Shown here piece by piece: positions 53,586 to 62,141 of a DNA stretch of 64,000 bases. Position 1 is the stretch's first letter; the number at the start of each line of letters is the position of its first letter. This stretch comes from a virus, in IMG/VR virus record IMGVR_UViG_3300045988_184160, positions 96,001 to 160,000 of that record. One strand, given 5' to 3'. The notes beneath the pieces were generated by a model. That model was not told where the DNA came from and searched no databases. It saw only the letters and a program-made list of their open reading frames with translations. The position numbers were made by a program, and so were the translations under genes.

Positions 53586-54035
53586 ATGGGTGCGCTAGAG
53601 CCGAGTGTCACGCAAGTAGCGTTCTTCTTCTTTCGCAAGCTGAAGCAGCATAGTATCTCAAAAATGAAGATGCACGCCCTCTGCTATCTAGTTCAAGGTT
53701 GGTGGGCGGCTAAAACTGGTGGGAAACTCTTTACAGAGGATTTCGAGGCGCGTAAACACGGACCCGTGTCACCAACCCTGCAGAGTATCGGCACTCACGA
53801 TAAGCACGGGTTCGTGAGGGAAGATTTCGATGGTGTACCCATGCCTAGGTTCAATGAGGAGGAAGAGAGGTTTCTGAATCTTCTGTTGTCTAGATACGGG
53901 TTATGCACAGGGATACAGCTGTCAGAGAAGATAAGGGATACCGCGCCATATGCTGACGCTAGAGCTTCGGTGGTGAATACAGTTATCCCTATTGAATGGA
54001 TGATTGCTTATTATTCGCGGTTTTTAAAGAAATAA
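53586..54035 (+). CDS. Panacea (DUF4065 / SocA-like) antitoxin-domain protein
   Basis: 149 aa. ISKMKMHALCYLVQGWWAAKTGGKLFTEDFEARKHGPVSP matches the Panacea core pattern (KLxKLxYxxQ...G.pLf.e.feAw.hGPV). Confidence 0.75.
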   Translation: MGALEPSVTQVAFFFFRKLKQHSISKMKMHALCYLVQGWWAAKTGGKLFTEDFEARKHGPVSPTLQSIGTHDKHGFVREDFDGVPMPRFNEEEERFLNLLLSRYGLCTGIQLSEKIRDTAPYADARASVVNTVIPIEWMIAYYSRFLKK

Positions 54036-54043
54036 CACGCAAG

Positions 54044-54075
54044 AGGAGGGGGTGCTGGGCACCCTCTCCTTTTTG
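54044..54075 (+). terminator. Rho-independent terminator
   Basis: AGGAGGGGGTGC (54044..54055) / GCACCCTCTCCT (54059..54070) with one G-U pair, then TTTTG. Confidence 0.6.
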
Positions 54076-54204
54076 TTTAAAGATAGTTGTGCACTGGGTT
54101 CTGTTGCCACTCTGTGCGGTTCAGGTGTATACTGAAAGCCAATAAATGAACCAGAATAAAGACCATAAGAAAACACATCAACCCTTAGAAAGGAAACACC
54201 ACAC

Positions 54205-54333
54205 ATGCTAGATATACACCTCACCGAAAAACACCTCAGCCGCATCACCTTCATCAACGGGCAGGGCTGGGACGAACCGCACCCCACCTGCGAAGGTTTC
54301 ACCCTCACCACAGAAGTGAAGATAACCTCATGA
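54205..54333 (+). CDS. Small ORF (42 aa), not in the ORF track; followed by an overlapping 17-codon ORF (54330..54383)
   Basis: ATG preceded by AAAGGA. MLDIHLTEKHLSRITFINGQGWDEPHPTCEGFTLTTEVKITS. ATGA overlap with the next mini-ORF, which stops 5 nt before the gene at 54389. The coding strand is A+C-rich like other genes here. Confidence 0.3.
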   Translation: MLDIHLTEKHLSRITFINGQGWDEPHPTCEGFTLTTEVKITS

Positions 54334-54388
54334 GCAAAGAATCCATCCACAACGATTTCATCACGATCATGAAAAGTATCTAGTTGTC

Positions 54389-54829
54389 ATGAGCACACAA
54401 CCCACAAGCATCATCAACGTCGCACGGCACATCCTACTCTACGAGAGCGACGGAATGACCATCATGAAGCTACAGAAGCTCTGCTACCTCACGCAAGCAT
54501 ACTCACTAGCATGGACAGGTGAAAGGCTCATCACAGAGCGGTTCTACGCCCACAAGAACGGACCCTACAGCAAAGAACTCGCTACCGCCCTCAAAGGCAT
54601 ATACTTGGTGTACTACTCCGACCTGAAATACGCCCCAAAGTCCCCCATCCCAGTTGCAGGTGATAAAGTTATCATCGTGGATCAAGTACGCAAAACAATG
54701 CGAAGATTCAGCAGCGACGCCCTGAGAACAATGTTCCAGCACGAAGCGCCCCTACAAGCAGGACTGAAAAACAAGGCTGAGGACTACCTGATACCCGAGA
54801 CGATGATGGAAGAATACTATAAGGAATAA
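54389..54829 (+). CDS. Panacea (DUF4065 / SocA-like) antitoxin-domain protein
   Basis: 146 aa. MTIMKLQKLCYLTQAYSLAWTGERLITERFYAHKNGPYS matches the Panacea core pattern. Confidence 0.75.
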   Translation: MSTQPTSIINVARHILLYESDGMTIMKLQKLCYLTQAYSLAWTGERLITERFYAHKNGPYSKELATALKGIYLVYYSDLKYAPKSPIPVAGDKVIIVDQVRKTMRRFSSDALRTMFQHEAPLQAGLKNKAEDYLIPETMMEEYYKE

Positions 54830-54831
54830 GC

Positions 54832-55155
54832 ATGATATTAGTTGAGAGAAGCCTTATCAATGGCAGTAAAGAAAAAGAAGGATCATTCCTTAAATTATGG
54901 TTCTTCCTTTTTGTAGAAAATGTGATTTTCTTACTTGTTTCCGCATCCCCATTGTTAATCACAGAGTTGATGTTAGGTGGTGGAATCACAGCTAAAATCT
55001 TAGAAAATTATATAATGCTACCTATAATACTGGGGTTACTTGCTTTGTTTTCATTTATCCCATTTATTATTTTGGAGCTTTTTAGCTTGACATATTCCCT
55101 TAAGAAGAAAATAGAAAAAGTATATAAGGAAATAGTTCCAGATGAAAAAAGTTAA
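54832..55155 (+). CDS. Small 3-TM membrane protein (candidate PanA-associated toxin)
   Basis: 107 aa. ATG 2 nt after the PanA stop, RBS AAGGA. AT-rich. Helices FLKLWFFLFVENVIFLLVSASPLLI and MLPIILGLLALFSFIPFIILELF. Confidence 0.6.
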   Translation: MILVERSLINGSKEKEGSFLKLWFFLFVENVIFLLVSASPLLITELMLGGGITAKILENYIMLPIILGLLALFSFIPFIILELFSLTYSLKKKIEKVYKEIVPDEKS

Positions 55156-55582
55156 ATCATTCGCAACCCACCCAGTGACGCTTCTCGCTGTCGCCGCAGC
55201 TGTGCTCTATTTCGGTTGGAAATTGGTGGTGGCTGCTGGTTTAGAGATAATGGTAGCTGGTTTTCTTTTGGGTATCATCACTATTTTCTCAGCTGGACTC
55301 CATGTGAGAATAGTATTTTATGGTGCGAAGGAAATCAGGGATAGACGGAAAAAGAAGTTGAAGCCAGCTTCTTTTACTGCAATAGGTTCAACGGTGATAT
55401 CTGCGATTGTTCTAGCGGCCATGGCTGTGCTCCCTATTTTATATGGGCTTGAGGGAGTTTTCCTTGGCGTGTCACTACTTATGGTAACGGAGATGATATA
55501 CGTACTGATTTATCATATTTGGTGGATGCTTGCTCCTTATTTTAGGCTCTATAAGGTTTCAGACAAAAAAGCTAGCTGTTAG
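55142..55582 (+). CDS. 4-TM membrane protein
   Basis: 146 aa. Overlaps the previous gene by 14 nt. Four hydrophobic helices and a central RDRRKKKLK loop. Confidence 0.6.
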   Translation: MKKVKSFATHPVTLLAVAAAVLYFGWKLVVAAGLEIMVAGFLLGIITIFSAGLHVRIVFYGAKEIRDRRKKKLKPASFTAIGSTVISAIVLAAMAVLPILYGLEGVFLGVSLLMVTEMIYVLIYHIWWMLAPYFRLYKVSDKKASC

Positions 55583-55616
55583 CAACATTTTATATCACAA
55601 GCGGTTTTTGATATGA

Positions 55617-55657
55617 AACTGGGAGGTTCAGATTTTGTCTGATCCTCCCAGTTTTTC
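55617..55657. terminator. Bidirectional terminator between convergent genes
   Basis: AACTGGGAGG (55617..55626) / CCTCCCAGTT (55644..55653), then TTTCG. A-rich on the other side. Confidence 0.6.
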
Positions 55658-55658
55658 G

Positions 55659-55844
55659 TTATACAGGGTACCGCTGCAGGTGTATGCCCTCTTCTTCGTA
55701 TATGTCATATATGCGCCCTTCGCGGGCCTCAATTATGGAGTATTCCACGTGTTCGCGTATTTCTTCATCTGTTGCTTCAGCGTAGGCTTCTGCGACTGCC
55801 TGCCCAACTAGTGTCTTTACTTCTTCCAACTCTTCGGGTGTCAT
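55659..55844 (-). CDS. Small highly acidic protein
   Basis: 61 aa with 15 Glu + 2 Asp versus 5 Lys/Arg. Predicted helical. Confidence 0.5.
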   Translation of the reverse strand: MTPEELEEVKTLVGQAVAEAYAEATDEEIREHVEYSIIEAREGRIYDIYEEEGIHLQRYPV

Positions 55845-55978
55845 ATTCCTATGCTCCTATAATCTATTGGTACTATATTTTATTGCTACAGATAGGGTAT
55901 ACGATTATGAGTGTAAACTGTTAATTCTCACCCGAATATTACGAGCCGAAAAGGAGGGTCTAATACCCCTAAGGGTTT

Positions 55979-56428
55979 TTACTTATAGAACTCCACCAAG
56001 TGGGTGTGTTTAATAACCTCCCCGTTGCGTTTACTGTGTCCGTCACGACCGTCACAGACGACTTGATCCCAGTCGGAGGTTTTCTTGTACGAGTACCCAG
56101 TGTCAGTGTCTTTCAAGTCATCGTTTTCTTGAACCCATCCTTCTTCAGGGTTATCGTATTTTCCTTGTTCGCGCCATTCGAAGTGTCCTTGCACCCAGAT
56201 AGTGTCATCGTATGGGCACATGTTCATTGACCCGTCAGGGTTGAGGCAGGGGCGCATACCATAGTTTTGTTGGTAGTATCCTGCTTGGTGGTTCCGTATT
56301 TCGATGCGTGTTTCTTGGAAGCTGTGGTTCGTGTCGCACGTGTTGGGGGCGTTGCACCCGGTGAGTAGCGTGAGTGAGGTGGCTACTGTGAGGGTTAGGT
56401 TTATGATTCTTTTATTCTTCTTTTTCAT
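55979..56428 (-). CDS. Lipoprotein
   Basis: 149 aa. Signal peptide with lipobox LLTGC (MKKKNKRIINLTLTVATSLTLLTGCNAP). Confidence 0.75.
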   Translation of the reverse strand: MKKKNKRIINLTLTVATSLTLLTGCNAPNTCDTNHSFQETRIEIRNHQAGYYQQNYGMRPCLNPDGSMNMCPYDDTIWVQGHFEWREQGKYDNPEEGWVQENDDLKDTDTGYSYKKTSDWDQVVCDGRDGHSKRNGEVIKHTHLVEFYK

Positions 56429-56580
56429 GGTTGAACTCCTGTTGGTGATTACGTTTCGTTATCTGTCTAAAAATATAACATGTTTGTGTGGTGCTTGTAA
56501 ACAGCAAAATGTTTGGGTATGAAAAAGCTCCTGCCTAGAGGCTAGTCGCTACTCTAAACAGGAGCCAATGGGGGGTAATT

Positions 56581-56898
56581 CTACTTCCCGCGCTTCCTCT
56601 GCACATACACCCCATACTTGTCTTCAAGTACGGCTGAACGCCGCCCATCACCGACACCATCCAGAAGGTCCATATCAACAACATCATAGCCCCCCCCTGA
56701 ACGGAAGGTGAACCTCCTCTTGGCGTTGATCCGCCCGTTACGGGCAGTATCTAGGATGGTCTCACCCCAGCCTTCCTCACGCACAATATCGGATAGCAAC
56801 CTGAAATGCTCATCCATGTTCTGCAGTTCCCATGTGCAGAGACCGGTTGACGGGTTCTCGTAGATTTTGCGGAACTCTACTGTTGTGGTGCTTTGCAT
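56581..56898 (-). CDS. Hypothetical protein
   Basis: 105 aa from ATG 56898, preceded by AGAGGAG. The longer ORF to 57096 has no RBS and overlaps the divergent gene. Confidence 0.5.
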   Translation of the reverse strand: MQSTTTVEFRKIYENPSTGLCTWELQNMDEHFRLLSDIVREEGWGETILDTARNGRINAKRRFTFRSGGGYDVVDMDLLDGVGDGRRSAVLEDKYGVYVQRKRGK

Positions 56899-56984
56899 TT
56901 TTACTCCTCTTTGACGGGGTGTTTCACGCCCCGTTATTGCCTTTACCTTTGTGTGCCTCAGTGACACTAGGGGGTATGTTACCC

Positions 56985-57452
56985 ATGTATAAGCATAACA
57001 GCCGCCCCAGTGCGGGAGAAAAACACGGAGAACACGACTTGAACCCTGAGCACATACTCTATCTTCTAGACCCAAACTACAAGCCACCCCAACCAAACAC
57101 CCCAGAAGAGCTGGAAGCCCTCATTGGCGACAAGATAGCCCTCATGGAACTAGCTGAAATCATACGAGCCAACCTCGAACTTATTGACGACGAGCTCGCT
57201 CAAAGTATCGAACCAGGTAAATCCCTGCAATACGGTGACTTCAAAATCACCCACACTAAACCCCGCTCCACGTTTGATAAGGCGGCGTTTGAGAAAAAAT
57301 ACCCTGCAGACAAGTACCCTCACTTGTATGACCGGAAGGTAGTCCCAATTCCTGCTACAGCTTTGAAGAAAGTGATTTCCGGTAGCGAGTACAATGCGTT
57401 CCTGAAAACTTCTGGCAGGGGCGGGGCTATCACAGTAAAACACCAAGCATAA
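56985..57452 (+). CDS. Hypothetical protein (coiled-coil N-terminal half)
   Basis: 155 aa from ATG 56985 (AGGGGG 10 nt upstream). Divergent from 56581..56898. Confidence 0.5.
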   Translation: MYKHNSRPSAGEKHGEHDLNPEHILYLLDPNYKPPQPNTPEELEALIGDKIALMELAEIIRANLELIDDELAQSIEPGKSLQYGDFKITHTKPRSTFDKAAFEKKYPADKYPHLYDRKVVPIPATALKKVISGSEYNAFLKTSGRGGAITVKHQA

Positions 57453-57471
57453 GGCACCCGTAAACAAAAAA

Positions 57472-57525
57472 AGTAGCGGCTCAACTCTGAACATTCAAGT
57501 TCGGAATTGAGCCGCTACTCTCTTA
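57472..57525. terminator. Bidirectional terminator
   Basis: Perfect 13-bp stem AGTAGCGGCTCAA (57472..57484) / TTGAGCCGCTACT (57507..57519), A-run before and T-rich after. Confidence 0.6.
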
Positions 57526-57542
57526 TGAATTAGGGTGTATTA

Positions 57543-57938
57543 TTACCGCAACTCAATATCTGGGACAATGGTTTCCGGCTTGTAAACAACCTTATAATGA
57601 TTGACAGAAACGTTAGCCGCGTCTACCTGCTCCACGAAATAGGTGACGTTATCCGACAAGCCAAGGAAATGCTTCTTGTAGTCGTCTTCACCTACCTTGC
57701 AGGTGACCTCAAGCTGCTTGTCGCCACCATCTTTCTTGATTGAGCATCTGCCCTCAATAGTCATCAGGTACTTGTCGGTGATGCCATTGAAGAAGACGAT
57801 ACGGCGGGTCACTTTGAAGTTGTCGCTGTCTTTTGATATGTTCCGTGAAGCCACATCGGCGTCGTTACTGCACCCAGCTAGTCCGATGCATGCAGATAGT
57901 GCGAGCGCGATAGCGGTGAGAGTTTTCTTGATTCTCAT
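57543..57938 (-). CDS. Lipoprotein
   Basis: 131 aa from ATG 57938 (GGAAGGA RBS). MRIKKTLTAIALALSACIGLAGCSND carries lipobox LAGC. Confidence 0.7.
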   Translation of the reverse strand: MRIKKTLTAIALALSACIGLAGCSNDADVASRNISKDSDNFKVTRRIVFFNGITDKYLMTIEGRCSIKKDGGDKQLEVTCKVGEDDYKKHFLGLSDNVTYFVEQVDAANVSVNHYKVVYKPETIVPDIELR

Positions 57939-57960
57939 GGTCCGGTGATCCTTCCTTGTG

Positions 57961-58203
57961 TTAGGGGATGATGTAGTTGGGGTGAGTTGAGGGCACAAAA
58001 GGATTCCTGAGTGCCGACGTTGTTACCCGCGCTTTTCCGTTCTGATCAGTAATACGAATGTTAGCGCCGTCCGCGTAATCGACTGAAATCCCGCTACCTC
58101 CGTTGGCGAAAGATACGTTGCTGATGCTTATGATAGCGCCATGCTGCGGTGCATACGATAAAGCTATCATTTCTGCTTGTGTTTCAACATCAAAATTTTT
58201 CAC
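57961..58203 (-). CDS. Hypothetical small protein
   Basis: 80-aa ORF between pspA and the lipoprotein gene, same strand. Confidence 0.45.
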   Translation of the reverse strand: MKNFDVETQAEMIALSYAPQHGAIISISNVSFANGGSGISVDYADGANIRITDQNGKARVTTSALRNPFVPSTHPNYIIP

Positions 58204-58274
58204 ATTGATTCCCTTTTCTGAACATATGGGCAGGGGTTGGGGTAGTAGGAAGATACCCCAACCCCTAAGCCGCC

Positions 58275-58970
58275 CTACAGCCCGAGCTCACGCGCAATAT
58301 CTGCACGGGTAGTACCCTCACCCACCAGAGCCTCATAACGGGCCTCAGGGGAGCTGTTACGGAGCTCCTGTGCCGCCTCAACCTTCGACTCCTCCATAGA
58401 AATATGCTCCTCAAACCGTGCCATTTCACTAGACACGTCAGAACCATCGAACACACGCATGGCTTCCGCCATATTCTTCTGCGCATCCACAGTGTTCTTG
58501 CGGGCAGTGAGCAGACTCAGGTCATTCTCTAGATCTTTCTTATGCTGCCTCATCTGATCTAGGCTTTCCTGTAACTCAGTGATCTTCGGTGCCTGCTCGT
58601 CAATAGCTGTCTGCAAAGCCTTCGCTTGCGCCTTCTGTGCGTCCAGCTTTAGCGCTAGATCAATAGCAGCATTCTCAAGCTTTCCAGCCTTGACCGGATC
58701 CTTCTCATCCTTCGCAGCTTCCACAGCTGAGGGAACCATCTTACCAAGCTTCTCAATGCTCTCATTAAGCTTCGCAAGGTCCTTTTCACGCTGCTTCTGT
58801 AAAGCAATAACTCGGGCAACCGAAGCCTCAGCGTCAACGATCTGGCTGGTGTATTTACGGAGGGTATGCTGCATAGCGGCTTCACTGTTCTCGGCTTTAT
58901 TGAGAGCGTAGTGTGCGTTCGCAGCGAAGATGTTCGTAAAACGTGACCAGAGGGTCTGTTTCTTACCCAT
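58275..58970 (-). CDS. pspA: PspA/IM30 (phage-shock protein A / Vipp1) family protein
   Basis: 231 aa from ATG 58970 (AAGAGG RBS). LWSRFTNIFAANAHYALNKAEN... N-terminus and continuous coiled-coil heptads are typical of PspA. Confidence 0.85.
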   Translation of the reverse strand: MGKKQTLWSRFTNIFAANAHYALNKAENSEAAMQHTLRKYTSQIVDAEASVARVIALQKQREKDLAKLNESIEKLGKMVPSAVEAAKDEKDPVKAGKLENAAIDLALKLDAQKAQAKALQTAIDEQAPKITELQESLDQMRQHKKDLENDLSLLTARKNTVDAQKNMAEAMRVFDGSDVSSEMARFEEHISMEESKVEAAQELRNSSPEARYEALVGEGTTRADIARELGL

Positions 58971-59101
58971 TTCGGGCACCTCTTTCTATATTTGATAGTT
59001 TCAGGTTTCCGCACCCACTCTTGTCTGGTGCGTGTAGGATAAGGCTATCATGCCGGCAAGCCGTTTCGCTAGTTCAGGTAGTGCACACCAGTGTTTCAGC
59101 A

Positions 59102-59536
59102 TTACTCGGAGATAATTTCCAGTAGGACATTCCGGTGACAATTCACTTGTTCCTCCTCATAGCAGAGAAGCACAACGTTACCGCTCTCCGCTAAGCGTGT
59201 GACCTCCCGTAGTGCCTTCATTTTCGTGGGGTCACTGGTGATGATGTCACGGAACCTGTTTACGCACCGTGCATGGGGTCCTGTTCCTGGGGCGTCCCAG
59301 AATCCGTCACGGTTTTCTTTGGGGTTGCCGAGTTCTCTGAGGTGAATATAGTTGATCCCGTGTTTTTTGAGATGGTTTTTGAGTCTTGTTTTTGAGAACC
59401 CTGGTTTCCGTGAGATGGGGGTCAGGCGGACATCTACTACTGTCTGGGTGTTTCGTTCCAATAGTTGTTGGGCGTATTGGTCTATTGTTAGCCCTTGGTA
59501 CCCTAGCCCTGTTATGTTTCCCATGCGTGTCCTCAC
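59102..59536 (-). CDS. DUF488-family protein
   Basis: 144 aa. TVVDVRLTPISRKPGFSKTRLKNHLKKHGINYIHLRELGNP matches the DUF488 core (lvDVR..P.Sr.pgf.k..L...l...gi.Y.h...LG). Confidence 0.75.
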   Translation of the reverse strand: MRTRMGNITGLGYQGLTIDQYAQQLLERNTQTVVDVRLTPISRKPGFSKTRLKNHLKKHGINYIHLRELGNPKENRDGFWDAPGTGPHARCVNRFRDIITSDPTKMKALREVTRLAESGNVVLLCYEEEQVNCHRNVLLEIISE

Positions 59537-59564
59537 CTAACCCTTCTCTTGGTTCTGCTTGTTT

Positions 59565-60059
59565 TTAGAGCCCTAGAATATCTCTGATGATCTGCGCGGC
59601 TTCACGCTTATCAACATCTGACCTGTTTTTCAGGTGCCCCATAATCAACCCGATAGCTTTCTTGTCGCCAGCTAGAGAACCATTTTCTTCTTCTAAGCCA
59701 GCGATGATGTTCCCGATAAGCTCCCGCGCCTGTTCTGTGGTGAGCATTTTGGGGAGGACGGTTTCGATGAGGTTAGCTTCTAGTTCCCTCTGGTCTGCGT
59801 ATTCGCTCTGCCCGTTGTTTCTTGCGGTTTCGGCGAGTTCCCTGCGGGCTGCCACAGCGTTTCTGACGATTTTCTGAACATCAGCGTCGGTGAAACTGTA
59901 CGCGGTGTTTTTGCGTTCCGCTAGTTCCCATGCGGCGCGTGATGCTTTCTCAATGTCGTCGAGTACACCGTTGAGAACTTTCACTGATTTGTGGTCTTTG
60001 GTGCGGCGCGCACTGTCTCTGAGATTTTCTACTTTCTGCTGGGTGCTCAATGTCCCCAT
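59565..60059 (-). CDS. GatB/YqeY-domain protein
   Basis: 164 aa from ATG 60059 (AAGGA RBS). ELEANLIETVLPKMLTTEQARELIGNIIAG...KKAIGLIMGHLKNRSDVDKREAAQIIRDIL fits the YqeY pattern. Confidence 0.7.
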   Translation of the reverse strand: MGTLSTQQKVENLRDSARRTKDHKSVKVLNGVLDDIEKASRAAWELAERKNTAYSFTDADVQKIVRNAVAARRELAETARNNGQSEYADQRELEANLIETVLPKMLTTEQARELIGNIIAGLEEENGSLAGDKKAIGLIMGHLKNRSDVDKREAAQIIRDILGL

Positions 60060-60159
60060 TATGGTTTCCTTTTCTTGGGCTTCTTCTGGGTGTGGGAATG
60101 TTGTTCCGTGTACTCCCACCAGCCTAGTGTAACACCTGCAGAGGCTCGGGTGGGCGCGG

Positions 60160-60603
60160 CTAGCTGTTTCCCTTTAGGATACTGAGCGCTATCTGGTGCG
60201 CCGCCGTGTTGTCGATGTCTGCCCTGCCTACTAGGTTTTTCATGATTTGCCCGAGCGCGGTTTTTGTGGTTGTGTCGATGCACTGGGTTTTGATGATGTG
60301 GTGGATGAGTTGGCGGGTTTGTTTCGGGGTTTTGAGGGGTGGGAGTACTGATTCGAGGATTTTGATTTCTTTGTCTATGAGCGTGCTGAACTCTTTGTTG
60401 CCTCCTCGGAGGGCTGCTTCTTGGAGGTCTTTTCGGGGTTGGATGGTTTTTTCTATGGCGCGGCGTTTGTCGTTTTCGGTGGGTTGGGTGTTGGGGAGTT
60501 TTTGGATGTTGTTGATTGCTTCTTGGATGATGGATGCGGTTTTGTGGTCGTTGTGGGTGTGGGCGCATTGTTGGAGTTGGGTGAGTTGTTGTTCTAGGGG
60601 CAT
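60160..60603 (-). CDS. Divergent GatB/YqeY-like paralog with an extremely A+C-rich coding strand
   Basis: 147 aa from ATG 60603 (AGGAG RBS). IKILESVLPPLKTPKQTRQLIHHIIK...KTALGQIMKNLVGRADIDNTAAHQIALSIL aligns with 59565..60059. Confidence 0.6.
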   Translation of the reverse strand: MPLEQQLTQLQQCAHTHNDHKTASIIQEAINNIQKLPNTQPTENDKRRAIEKTIQPRKDLQEAALRGGNKEFSTLIDKEIKILESVLPPLKTPKQTRQLIHHIIKTQCIDTTTKTALGQIMKNLVGRADIDNTAAHQIALSILKGNS

Positions 60604-60844
60604 GGGTTTTTCTCCTGGGTTGTGTGGTTGGTTGTTGGGTTGTTTTTTCATTGTCTCATATTTTAGGTTTAAGTTTAAGTTGAATGTTTGATGGGGTGTT
60701 ACTCACATAAAATCAAACCTAAAAATAATAACAGAAAACCCCACCCCAACCACAAAACCCCCAAATTTGAACAACAACAAAACATGCACTAAAATTAAAC
60801 ACACAAGCCAAAACCACAGGGGATACAACCCCAGAAAGAACACC

Positions 60845-61045
60845 ATGAAAATCATCGACACAATAGCCGCCGCAGCACAAGCATTCTTCGGAATCGTCAT
60901 CGGCGGAGCAGGAATCATCCTCACCATCACCATTATCTTCCGGCTAAGCCCAACCATCCCACTCACAACACCCGTAGGATACCTCATTGTCACAACCATC
61001 ATGGCCGTCTACGGAGCTGCAAACATCATCCACGCACTCAAATAA
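60845..61045 (+). CDS. Small 2-TM membrane protein
   Basis: 66 aa: MKIIDTIAAAAQAFFGIVIGGAGIILTITIIF...VGYLIVTTIMAVYGAANIIHALK. Confidence 0.5.
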   Translation: MKIIDTIAAAAQAFFGIVIGGAGIILTITIIFRLSPTIPLTTPVGYLIVTTIMAVYGAANIIHALK

Positions 61046-61067
61046 AAACCAGAAAGGAAAAACAACC

Positions 61068-61334
61068 ATGCGACCCCATGACACCCACATCATCGAAGAA
61101 CCCATCAAAGAAAACCACACAAAAATCTCAGCAGAATGCATCGACTGCAAAACACAAGGACTCTCCTACGGAGACAACCCAGCAGGCATCATCGCCTCCA
61201 CCGAAACCCCAAACTCTGAAACTGACGAAGGCACCTTCAATAAAAACTTCGCGCTTGTTGCAACTATCATGATCAACCACAGTAACACTAATCACACACC
61301 CAAGCCAAGCATGTGGAAGGGAAAATCTAGGTAA
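61068..61334 (+). CDS. Hypothetical small protein
   Basis: 88 aa from ATG 61068 (AAAGGA RBS). A+C-rich coding strand. Confidence 0.45.
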   Translation: MRPHDTHIIEEPIKENHTKISAECIDCKTQGLSYGDNPAGIIASTETPNSETDEGTFNKNFALVATIMINHSNTNHTPKPSMWKGKSR

Positions 61335-61347
61335 TCACAAGAAACCA

Positions 61348-61381
61348 AAAAAGAGGCGGTAAATTAACACCGCCTCTTTCT
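61348..61381. terminator. Bidirectional terminator
   Basis: AAAGAGGCGGT (61350..61360) / ACCGCCTCTTT (61369..61379), flanked by an A-run and a T-run. Confidence 0.6.
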
Positions 61382-61388
61382 TCATGCT

Positions 61389-62141
61389 CTAAGAACCACC
61401 CCGAATATGATCACCATCCACCATCAACTCATGCTTCGGTTCCCACCATGTTTCCAAACGCACAATGTTCGTGGAATAACCCGCATAAGAATTAACCCAA
61501 GGTTCCAGATATTCGCATTTCTGGGTGGGCTTGAAAACCATGTTCTCTTCATGCTTTTCTAGGCTATAGTGGGAAGACCTTCCAAGCAGCATAATAATCC
61601 TGCTACCCGCATTGGGGAACACTAAAGCGGCATGGAAAACGTGAGGCACCTCAAGATTATTCGGGTACGGGATCACCAGACCCCGCATCATATTAGGAAG
61701 CAGGTTATCTTTGAACGTCTCAGCGGTAGCTTCCAGCGTGACTGTTGATTCTATCCCGACACGAGTCACATATACTGTCATCATCCCAGTGTCATCTATC
61801 ATCCCAGCCTTCTCTATCACACTAGGAATGCTTGAAGTCATACCACTATCCCAAGAGCGCAGAGTTATACTAGTAGCCCAACCATAATCATCATATGCGT
61901 AGACAGGAGAATGCCCACACCTGCCGTCAAGCCCGATATTCCCGTTCGCACCAACAGCGTTAGCGTACACCCGCACACGCGACAGGTGCTCCTTATCGTT
62001 ACCGACCCACAGGGTGTCCGGTAGCGAATCGAAAACAATAGGATCCCGCAGTTCCGTGTAGTGGATATTCTTCCAGACGGTAGCCATGTGCTCCTGGTCT
62101 GTCCCATCAAAGAACGGGTAGAGGGGGGTGTCTTCTTTCAT
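61389..62141 (-). CDS. Hypothetical protein
   Basis: 250-aa ORF. Its start overlaps the stop of 62138..62638 by 4 nt. Confidence 0.6.
   Translation of the reverse strand: MKEDTPLYPFFDGTDQEHMATVWKNIHYTELRDPIVFDSLPDTLWVGNDKEHLSRVRVYANAVGANGNIGLDGRCGHSPVYAYDDYGWATSITLRSWDSGMTSSIPSVIEKAGMIDDTGMMTVYVTRVGIESTVTLEATAETFKDNLLPNMMRGLVIPYPNNLEVPHVFHAALVFPNAGSRIIMLLGRSSHYSLEKHEENMVFKPTQKCEYLEPWVNSYAGYSTNIVRLETWWEPKHELMVDGDHIRGGS

Noticed and set aside
56985-57452. Phage Gp157-like (Sipho_Gp157) protein
   Set aside because: The coiled-coil N-terminus and the K.R.tFD..aF...YP pattern are only reminiscent. I cannot support this without a profile search.
60059-60568. 169-aa His/Pro/Arg/Gln-rich ORF in an alternative frame of the YqeY-like gene
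   Set aside because: An artefact of the extreme A+C composition, which leaves stop codons rare in all frames. The YqeY-like frame aligns with its paralog and has an AGGAG RBS.
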